The translations under genes were made by a program, and so were the position numbers. 64,000 nt of DNA, taken from contig NC_092670.1 in assembly GCF_964355755.1 (NCBI RefSeq), positions 19,144,795-19,208,794 of the forward strand, read 5' to 3'. The notes under the pieces are model-generated. The model was not told the DNA's origin. It ran no database searches and saw nothing but the letters and a program-made list of their open reading frames with translations. Of this stretch, positions 23,901-35,900 are shown one piece after another. This DNA is from Antedon mediterranea. Lineage: Eukaryota; Animalia; Echinodermata. Position 1 is the stretch's first letter. Each line of letters opens with the position of its first letter.

Positions 23901-26900
23901 CAAGAAATTTTGTTTTGTGTACATCTGTGTTATAGGGTCCTACTGTCACGATTTTTTTTTGGTTTCGACGCCATCAATATGTAGGCCTACCGAGTGAACA
24001 CATTCTAACTTATCTTGAATCTTGCACATAGGTGGTGGAGCCCGAAAGAAAGGCGGTTCCTTCCAAACAGTATCCGCCAAACATAGGGTACGGTGACTAT
24101 TTGTTCTTATTGTTAAATGCGCATCTTCCCCCATTTGCGCACATTCATAATTTGCTATGTTATATTGCATGTTTTGACATTTTTTTATAATCGTGTTTGT
24201 TCACAGGAGGAGGAAAGCGTGAGAAGGCTATCAAGACTATAAGCGCGGGTCACAGGGTTCGCATGAATTTCATTGCTGCGTGATGAGTGCTCTTTTCTGA
24301 CTGACAAACAATACTCAAAATCTCTTTAATCAGATATATCTACCATGGAATTTTCATTTTTTTTAATTGTTTTACCTGACACAATTTCTGTCTCAGGTTT
24401 TACCAATAAGTCATTTCTACATCTGATCATAGAGACACTATAAGATCTCTATGATCTGATAAAAAATTGGGGTTTTCAATGTTTGATTTTGGCTCCGTTT
24501 GATTTTCAAATTCTTCCTTTCAATAATGATTGGTTCGAAAAATGTCTGATTGTTCTTTGGAATGAAGGGTATTGTTTGTGAATCTTTGTAATCATCACCA
24601 CAATCCCACAATGCATGCTCGTTGGAATTTAAATACAAATCTTTATCTGTTGCATGAGTGCACAACATACAAATAAAAAAAGTTACACATTATATTTTGA
24701 ACGAAATCCTGATTTTATTTATTAAATTATTATATTTTTTAATTAACCATAAGACTATTGAAAACATGTAGGTATTTCTTAAAGTAAGATCAACATTTTT
24801 CTCAATACCAATACAAATATATTCCTTATTTAAAAATGAATAAATCTACTTTTTTTAAAAATGATGGAAAACAAGAACCTTCCATAATTAGACAAAATAA
24901 AAGTAAATACAGACAAATATTCTGACCTTGCTATACTCAACTGTAACAATCATTAAAGAATAGCTTAATACTCTTATACCATCACCATACCATTTTTCCT
25001 ATAAATAGATATGAATAAATACATTTTTAAAAATGACAACATTTTTAATAGTATGGTGCATTCATGTTAAAGAAAAGATGTTTTATTGCTGTAACTAACA
25101 AGCTCCTGTTATATGTTGACATTCTGTAAACATTTGTGTTTTTTTTTAATGTTGCAAGATAAAACAACAAACTAGCGCATAAATTACAAACTAATTATTA
25201 TACCCAATTTTTTAAATTACGCATGATGCATTTTTTGTCCTGCACAGTAGAAGAATAAATTACTTTAAATTAACTTGAAAGAATTTTACAACTTATTTAA
25301 GAGAATAACTTTTGCATGTAGAGATGAAATTTGGATTAATTTGTCTCTCATCTATTCTCAAATTTCAATTATTTATAGATATACTGGTGGCTGTTTAGCA
25401 TTAGTCTTATCTTTGCATTAATATGGCTGAAAAAATTAAAACAAAAATAGCATAGATCCAAATCCCATGCAAAGAAGCTTACGACCAATTTTACAAAATG
25501 TTGACACCGAGTTTTTAGTAATTGTTAATTTCACAGTATTTATGTTTTATATTATATGTATTTATCTATTTATGATAATTGTATATAAATGTGAATTGTA
25601 TTTATGTACTTGTTATCGCTATATTTAAATTCACATGCTCTTCTGTCATCTTGCTTTTAAAAACAAACATCAAATTATTTACTAAAAGCAACACACTAAA
25701 ACAAGGTATGTGAAATTTACAATGACTAAATAAAGAATTTAATCAAAAATATCTTTCTCTATCAGCAATAAGATTCTAATGATATTCAAAATACGTTTCT
25801 GTATCTAAATAAAATAAATATATTTTTTTATTGTTCAATTGCTATTCAAATTTGCGCCTTTGTTATTTTACTTTATTTTGGTGTTAAATTATTATTTCTG
25901 TATTTTCATTTAATGTTTGATTGATTTTCAATGATTTTAATTTGTTTTTGTAAATGCAAGGTGATAGAAGAAACCATATACAAGATACTAACGTCAATTC
26001 CCTAAATTCTGGACACCCTTGCAACGGTCAAAGATGTGCAGGTTTTTGAAAGAAGTTTCAAAATTTGATTTAAAAATATGTTCAGTTTAACAAAAATTCA
26101 AAATATTGTAAAAAGAAAAATGTTCAGTTTTTCAAAAGAAATTTCAACATTTGAATTTCAAAATTATAATTATTATCAAAGATTCTAAATTTGTGAAAAG
26201 CTACAAAACTAAATACAATGATTTGTTAAAAATCATTGTTAAATATATTTAGTGTCTTGTATATGTTTATTCACTTGTTACATTTTTCTTACATTGCTGT
26301 GTGCTTATACAGTGGTTTATTAAATTGTTGATGAAAATAAAAAGTTAAAATTAAATAATAAATAAATAATAATAAATATATATAACCTATAAAATAAGGA
26401 CGGAATATATATAAAAGCAAAAGCTATTAACTAAATGTTTAAAATAATTTTCACATTGCTGTTTACTGCTGTGTTTTTTCCTCAAATATTCAATAAAAAA
26501 ATTTTATTTTAAATAATAATTCAATTTTTATTTTCGAAAAAAAATTTGATTGGATGCAGTGACATTTTATGGATGTTTCAATGACACTACTGTATCTAGA
26601 CTAAAAAACAATTGTGTGCCAAAAGCAGTATTTTATTCTGCCCTTTTGGGGTTGGTTAGATTCAATGTAGTGTACTGAAACATCTCTATAATACATCACA
26701 TAATGTATTCAACTAGATTTTGGGCTGATTATGATAAAATAATAATATAAAGTAATATTAAAATTAATAACCTTGGTATTAATAAAAAATAATACATACT
26801 ATAATCTTCTGCAGTAATACATAATTCTATTTGAAAGCCGCTTTTAATATTTTAAAAAACTAACTATCTGGGTACTGTTGCTATAGGAACAACTGAACCG

Positions 26901-29900
26901 TCTGCTGTCCACACTGTTCAAGACTTCTCCTCACTTTGTCCGCTGTATCATTCCCAATGAGTTCAAGAAACCCGGTCTCATGGACGCCCATCTTGTACTT
27001 CATCAGCTCTCCTGTAATGGTGTGCTTGAGGGTATCCGTATTTGCCGAAAGGGATTCCCCAACAGAATGTCCTTTGCTGACTTTAAACAAAGGTACAGCA
27101 CCAATCATAATTCAGAATGCATCATATTTATAATTTCTTAAATCAGAGAACAAAACACTATCCAACTCAGGCAAAACCTTTTTAAATAAAATAAGGTTTT
27201 TCTTTACAGAAAAAATGGCCTATCTTCATTGTTCATTTTTTTGGGGGACAATACATCTTTAACTACATTTTTGTTTTGTTTTTTTAAACAGATACACAGT
27301 TTTGGCACCAACTGCTGTTCCCGGTGGATTCATGGATAGCCGCAAAGCCTCTGATGCCCTTTTGAAAGCCATCCAACTGGACACAAATGAGTACCGCATG
27401 GGATACACAAAGGTTAGTGTTTTTCAAATTGTCCTCGCCTTTTGTTCACCCTGTCTCACTGAAAACATATTTGTGTCTGTATCTGTGTATGTAGTATCAT
27501 AGTTGTATGATCTCAAACAATACAACTGGTTCAGCAGACCATGTTGTAGATTTTCTAACAGTGAATTTGTTTTTTAAAGGTGTTCTTCCGTGCTGGATGC
27601 CTTGGTGAACTTGAAGATATGCGTGACGAACGTCTTTCTAAGATTGTGTCCATGTTGCAATCTCAGTGCCGTGGATTCATCATGCGCAAAGAGTACAAAA
27701 AGATGCTGGATCAGAGGTATGAATGAAAATAGTTATTATGAACATCATTATTAGAACCATATCTCTATGTTCCTTATGCAATATCAAAATTGTCACTACT
27801 TACTCTTCTCATTCACATAATTATCTTTGCTGCTGTTATCATTCTTATCAGTTAGTATAAATGCCATCATCTATGTTATATTAGTGTTATTAACATCAAT
27901 CAAACAATCACATGTTAACAATCTATTTTCAATTATTGACAGAATTGGCCTTAGCACACTTCAGCGTAACATCCGTAAATACTTGATCCTGAGAAACTGG
28001 CACTGGTGGAGATTGTACACAAAGGTAAGGAACGATGCCATTGAAGGAACCATTGTCATGTTGAAGAGCACGTAATAAATAACTAGGATATCTTGTGAAA
28101 GCTTATTACACTTTCTGTACAACTTTATACATCTCCACTGTATTGCAATTATGAGATATACAATACAACAATTTGTTAATTTTAGGTCAAGCCTCTGCTC
28201 AACGTTGCCCGTGCTGAGGATGAAATGAAGGCCAAAGAGGAAGAGTTACAGAAGTTTAAAGAAAAAGCAGAGAAAGAGGAGAAAGAAAGAATCGTTCTTG
28301 AAGAAAAGAACTCGCAACTGTTGAAAGAGAAGAACGAAATGATGCTCCGACTCCAAAATGTAAGATGCACTCATCAATTTTCTCTCTTTTAAAAAAAAAG
28401 ATACTGACACTCAAACTGCAAGCATGGGCTTTCCTCAGGATATTTCCATTTTATGTTGGTTCGTACTGACTTAAGTGTTTTGGTTTTATGTTGGGATAGG
28501 AACAAGAACAAGGAGGTGATTATGAAGAAACTATCAACAAGTTGAATGCTGTCAAGACTGCTCTAGAAACCAGAATGCAGGTAATTTTTATGGTCATTTT
28601 TAAATTGCAACATTGGTTGCAATCATGCTCATATTTATAATTTATAGGTTAGATTTTTAGTTTGTACGCTGACCATTCATATAGACACTCACACTTATGT
28701 TTTGTCTGTCAATTTACAAGAATTCTTAAGCAAGTTGAAACTAGTTATTGATAATCAATATTCAGATATTCAATTAAAACCATGTTTTTTTAGTTTGTGG
28801 CTGATGCTGAGCTGGTACTTCAAATCTTTTGCATTGTTGTAACACTCCATACTATTTCCATCAATGAGAGTTAGCGTTAAATTGTTTTTACCATGAATAA
28901 TACAACTCGTATTTCTCATTATTTCTTTTTAGGAAATGCAAGAGCGCATTGAAGAAGAAGAGGACAACAACGCAGACATCAGCGCCACCAAGCACAAGCT
29001 AGAGAAGGAATGCTCTGAGCTCAAGAAAGACATTGATGATCTTGAGATCACTTTGGCTAAGGTACTAATGAACTAATCCGCACTTGGTTCCTACCAACAT
29101 GGGTAGCTCAGATGTAAAGCTCTGTCTACACTATCAAACTTTGTGACAAACAAATGTGCTCATTTATGGACATGATGATGTCATATCACTACCATATTTG
29201 GGCACATAACACTTTTTTTGTCAAATTAGTTTGATAGTGTAGACAGAGCATAAGACGTTGAACATGTCACCAGTGAGCTGTCAGAGCTGTTTGTGTTAAT
29301 TATCAAACAGCTCTGAACTTCTCACTGATGTTTGTTCAGAGCTATTTGATTTGCTATCAAACGTTTGTGGTAGTTACAATACAATGATATAAACATAGTC
29401 AATTACTAAATGTTTAAAACCATTGTATTGCAATCTACGTCAGAGTTTGTTGTTAGGAAACTTGGTGCTGCATGATTGTTTTGAGGTGCTTGGCAACTGC
29501 TTTTAATAATGTCTACACAAAAAATATAAGTATTTGATTAATTTGGTTTTCAACAAGAAGAAATACTAAACTTCAAAGCATATACACAACTTAATGCTTT
29601 GTTTTAACCAATGGCATTCAACCAATTAATATCATTACACATTTTGATGGAAATTTAATCACAATTTTTTCAAAGCTACAAGTATTTGAACGTTTTGTTT
29701 TACTAAGTGTGTAGTGTTTTTCTGCTTCTAACTATCTATCTGTCACTTGTTTCATCCTATTCTTTTATTTATTTATCTATCACTTTTTCTCTTGTATTCT
29801 AGTCTGTTATCTCCTCTAATTTCTGCTGCACTTACTCATTACCTCTTGCCTCAATTCTATCTGTGATTTTGTTATACTCTGCATAACAATATAAAACATT

Positions 29901-32900
29901 TTTTTAAATGTAAAAAAAAAATACACATTCAATCGAATTAGGACAGTACCTGGTTCTTCAAAATTTACAATTCTACAGAAAAAATTAAATCAAATAAAAC
30001 TTCAAAGACATTTATAATTACAGTAAGCTTCAACAAAATTAGTTTTCATAAAATGAAGCTTGGAAGGGAACAGGTGTGTTATAAAGTATTTTGTAAAGCA
30101 TCTTATTTCAATTGGATTAGATTATTAGTATCACAGCAGAGTTTTCGCAGGACATTTGATTGATATGATTGCAGGGTATATAATTAAACACAACAGCAAA
30201 TTAATAACACTACTAAAGGACCTCCAATAAAATATAGAATTCTATATTTTGTTGATACCTTTTGTAATCAGCTTTTATTAATTTACACTTTTGTTGTTGT
30301 TGTTTTAGTAAAATGTATGATATCAATTTAATATAGATGACTACCACTTAATATTAAGAAAGTGGTCTATGTTATTATGTGTTATCTGTAAATCATTTAC
30401 CTTAAATTTTATATATTGTGATATAATACAGTAATAATGTTATCATGTCATTATACTCTATGTGGCACATTAAATGCATGTTTGTGATTGGTTGCTAATA
30501 AGGGTCAGTGAGCATGCTCGCTGAGGTTTTGAGACTTTGGTTTTAAGGTCGAGGATGAGAAGAAGGCCAGAGAGGCTCAAATCAAGACTTTGAATGAAGA
30601 CTTAGCCGCTCAGGATGAGAGCATTGCTAAGCTGACCAAGGAGAAGCAAGGTCTCGATGAAAAGAACAAGGTAGGTTTGATTCATGAAATTTAAGATTTT
30701 TCCGGTAAAGAACAAGTTATAAGCATTATATTAGGACTTATGGTAAAATCTCATTGTCTGAACATTTTCTTTATTTTAATATCTTATTTATAAACCTATC
30801 TTTCCTTATGTAGAGAACCGAAGAAGCTCTCCAGGCTGAAGAAGACAAATGCAACCATCTTAACCACCTCAAAGCCAAATTGGAATCAAGCATTGATGAG
30901 GTACCTACATATAATTTGTTGAAACTGTAACTACTGTAGGTAGTAAATCTTTGGCCTATATCCTATATGTTTATATTTTTATTCTAACCACACCAGGAAA
31001 TACTGAACATGTTATTGGTAACATGGAGGTTGACTGTCCTGAATAAGTTCTGCAAATACTAAGTTACATGCACAGTCGATCATGCTCATAGAAACCTTTG
31101 AATTACTAGCTCAGTTACTTGGCCAATAGCCTTTTCCATTCTGTAGTGGATGAAGTATAAATTGAACATTTTGGGTAAAATAGAAAAATGAGTATATTTA
31201 TCATGCTCTTCCTTTCTGATCACATGTCATCAATCCATTAAGCTCTGTCTACACTGTCAAACTAGTTTGACAAAAAAAAATGTGATGTGCCGTAATATAT
31301 GGTAGTAAAATTCTTAAATAAAGAAGTGATATGGCCACATCACATTTTTTCACATAAAATTGGTTAGTGTAGACAGAGCTTTAGATAATATTTGTTGTAC
31401 TGCTACTAATACAAACTTTAATAACAACATTTTAAAATTTCTCTTTTTTTCAAATAGCTTGAGGATAATCTTGAGCATGAGAAGAAGGCCCGCGGTGATG
31501 TAGAGAAGGTTAAGCGTAAGCTTGAAGGAGACCTCAAGATGACTCAGGAAACAGTTGAAGAGCTTGAACGTGCAAAGTCTGGTCTTCAAGAAAACCTCAA
31601 AAAGTAAGTATTGCAGAAAATTTGAATTTTGTACAAAGAAAATAAAGTATACTTTTTAGTCTATGCGTATATTTAATTTTCTACATTTGGTGATGTATCT
31701 TCCTGCTCCTTTTAAGAGCCAGTTTACGACTTTATTTGTTGCACTTTGTGCATGTGCTTTCAATTAGTATGTATCATGTTATAGGTATTTATGTGTTACT
31801 AAGCAATTGTACTATTTTTTATAAATAGGAGAGAATATGAGATCACACAATTGAACAGCCGACTTGAAGATGAGCAAGGTCTAGTTGCCCAACTCCAAAA
31901 GAAGATCAAAGAGCTTCAGGTAGGATCATATTTACTGTTTTTGTTTTTGAAGATGTCAGTCAGAGCTACTCCATTCCTTTTTTGTATGTCTTTAGTCATC
32001 TGGTTTGGCTCTTGTTGCCTCAATATGCTGGTTATACTTTTAACACTTATAGGAGCTTTTTGCAGTGTCAATGAAAACTTGTTGTTGCTTGGATAAATTT
32101 ATATGTCCATATATGGTCATAATTTGACATATATAGTATTAAAGATTCCATAATTGGTCGTTAATAGCTGTAAATCAAGAGTGTTTTCAGTTTATTGTAT
32201 GGTAATTTATGATACGTATGATTCCATTAGTGCTGTACTTCAAAAACATGTTCGTTATTGTACATATAACAAGGAATATAAAATACTTTAGAATAATTTA
32301 TACTACTTTATAGTTTAAGTGTAATTGTTGTATAGGTGTGTCAAGGTTGTTGAATATTTTCTCAATTTTTGAAATCAATGGTAGGAAAGGCCATGATATT
32401 TTGTAGACATATGATTTATACTTTAACCATCTGCTGTAAAATGTGTAGACAAATACTTACATGTACAACCTGACAGTTGATTAGTTTAGTTATAAATAAA
32501 TTAATTAAAAACTCAAATATGGAAAAATATTGCTTAACCTAATTTATCCATTATATATTATCAACATAATTATTATAATGTTGAACAATTTACCCCATGG
32601 CTGTTTTAATTCCTCCATACTTGCAATATGTCAATGAGATTGCCAGTTGCTAGCAAGCCTATATAAGGAAAACCAACACAGACCTTAGAGAGGTCTCACA
32701 TCCCTATGTCATCCAAGGAATTCCACTGACAAACAGTCAGTCCATCCCAGGGCATTCAGCAGAATTTTGTTTAATCATTAATTATTTTTAGATTATTAGG
32801 TAAACAGTTTGATTTATATCTGACATTGAAACTAAAATTATTTTTCAAGTATGAAACTTTAAATGTCAGTTGATTAACGCTGTAATGAATTATCCTGAAC

Positions 32901-35900
32901 TGATTAAAATATAGCATATTAATTATTGAAAGCAATTTTTTATTTCAAAATTTGCTTGACTTTGTTTACTTATAATTATAAATATTAGGCATATTTTTAA
33001 TTATTGACATTTCTAAAATTAACTATAACTTAGAAACAAACTGGAAAAATCTTAAATCCGTCAGCACATTCTATTATATCTGTAATTAATTATTAATGTT
33101 ATAAATAATACATATTATTTTATTTTACAATTTTATTTTAATTTCAAAATTTGCTTGACTTTATTTACTTATAATAATAAATATTGGGCATATTTTTAAA
33201 TATTGAAATTTCTAAAATTAAGAAAAACTTTAGAAACAAACTTGAAAAATTTAAATCTGTCAGCACATGCCTTTATATCTGTAATTAAAGAAAATTATCT
33301 AATTTGGGACCGACCACAAATATTCCCACTAACCACATTCCTTATCAATATCACCATACACTTGTCCATAGCAATTATCAATAGGTACCGTAAGTTATGC
33401 TTGTATAAACCAATTAGTGGAATTGAATAACAGCATAACGGTATCACAGAAGTTATGACATCACAACTTCAGACTTCTCAAGTTACTCAATAACATAGTA
33501 TTTCTAAATTTATCGTGCTAAGCATTGAAACGATAAGACCATTTTTGGATAGCTATTATGCCAGAATGGTTTACTTTGAGGCTCTATATTTACAAAAAGA
33601 CATGTGTTGACGTGTAACTTAACGCTTGTGATTTGGGCGGACTATTAAAAATCTGGCATAAAATATTTGACAGTCTTGATTTGGTTTGTGGTGCTGATAG
33701 CGTCGACATCGGTAGTGGTTAACTCACTGCTTGCATTTTTACAAACTCTTGCAACTATTTTATTTACTTTGGATTTCCTATTTGAAATTACTAATTGATT
33801 CAATTGAGGAATTACATTTTTAAAACTGGCTCACTCACGGATTAAAATGTATAGCGGTGGGGATGACTACTTTCTTAGGAGGCGACTGGTATAAGTAATA
33901 TTTTTATCTAACTTTCTTTTTATATAGTACTACTGTACTTAGATTTTGTATTACTAAAATTATTTTTGCATGAATTATGAAAATTTTACAAATTCGTCAT
34001 CTCTTTCTGCTTTTGTTTACAAAATTAAATTTTGTAGATAATTGGTAATTAATTAGTGACTTATTAGTCTAATAATTAGTTATTCATTTATTTGTTATTC
34101 ATCTATTTACTCAATCATCACGTTAATATAATCAAACAGCTTTAAATTTAAGACACAATCTTAAAAACAAATTGAAACTGTTATTCCAATGAATTATTGT
34201 ATTTAATGCTAGGTTCTGTGTCATCAATGTGTTTAATTAAGAGAATCAAGCATAATATATTTAATCTATGACTACTTATTATCTTATGACATAATTTTAT
34301 CACCGACATTCTTGTCATGTTTGTGACTGCATTTCCTCAATTTAGGATGTTTTTAAAGGCGACAGTTATGTTTATTTCTCAATGTCTTGTCTCATACAGA
34401 CATTCCTTTCTCAGCTGTCTAACAGTACTGAAATATTTTTAGGTGTTTTTTCTTAACCATCTCCCATCCAACAAATTAGGTTTGTCATTAGAGTTTATTA
34501 GCTAAAAATAAATATGGTACTATACTATTCTATTTAGTTTGTGATTGATAAACAATAATTTTTTATTTACTAGCTAAACTACCCTATTTACCATACTGTA
34601 CACAGTACAATACCTTTATTTCCATCAGTTCACTCAAGCATGATAAACTAGCCAATCAGATTAGTGATTACTTAATATTGCCAAATAACCAATCAGAGAA
34701 CAGGGAAGTTACAAACTTTCTGACCAATCAAAGATTGATATACTATATAGATATTTTGTATAGGTTGTTACATTTTTTAATCAGCTGATCATGAAAAGGT
34801 TAATGGCCCAATTGATATAGATGCCAACTTAATTTATGAATGGGTTATAGAATGGAATGGTTGACACACATTTTACTACTATTTGGAAATCAGTTGTGTG
34901 GTTGTCAAAGTCTGTTCTTTGGCATACAACCAGAATGTAGGCTTACTAGCTCTAAATGTATTCTTTGGCAAAACATCAATTGTCTGCCTTAGTAGTCCTA
35001 ATTGTATTCATTAAAAAACTTTAAAAGCATGAGATAACTAGATTTAAAAATTGGAAAATTATATAGCAAAGTTGAGCAGAGAAAAGTTTATGAACAAATT
35101 TTATTTACTTTAGCCATTTACTGTAGAAAGGTAAATTAATAGAATCATCCCCTACATTAATACCATAAGTAAAATGAAAATAGTTACTTAAATTACATGT
35201 CAGATATCAGCACCATGTCTATTAAGTGTTTATGTTATTTGAAGAATGTTGAAATATATTTTTGTTTAATAAGCAAATATGAGCCCAATATTTCTGACTC
35301 ATCTGGAAGATGCTAGATTAACTCAAACCAACTCCATTTATGAACCCTACAACGCATACTGACCACATTGGGCAATCCTTGAGATATGCATACAGCCATT
35401 ATTTTTACCTGCATGAGATATGCAACAAATCTTTAAACTATTTGTGACCGGTTTTTTTTTCTTACTGTAGACACCAGTTATAGAAATAAGTACATTTTCT
35501 ATAGGCCTTTAGTTTATCTTTAAATGTGTCCAGTCAAGCATTCCAATGGTGTTTAGTAACATATTATAAATTAAATCAATTAAGTATCTTAATTAGTTGA
35601 CTATTAAGTGTCAAGTGTAAATACCTGAGAATTAGTAAAGTATAACTGTTATAGTTTGAGTGTAGGCCTAAGTTATTTTTAGATATTAACGATAGTTATA
35701 CATAGTTTGAATGGTAACTATAATTAAGATTTTCTATGGTAGACAGATGTATAGAAAAAAGAATGGCCTGTAATTTGTTAGGTAACATTACTGTCAAATA
35801 AAGTTCAAGTCAGGGGTAAAATTCAATTGGAATGATTAACAACATATCTGTCTGTGCTACCATCTTTAGAATAATAAGGCAGTCAGCGACGAGTTCAACC

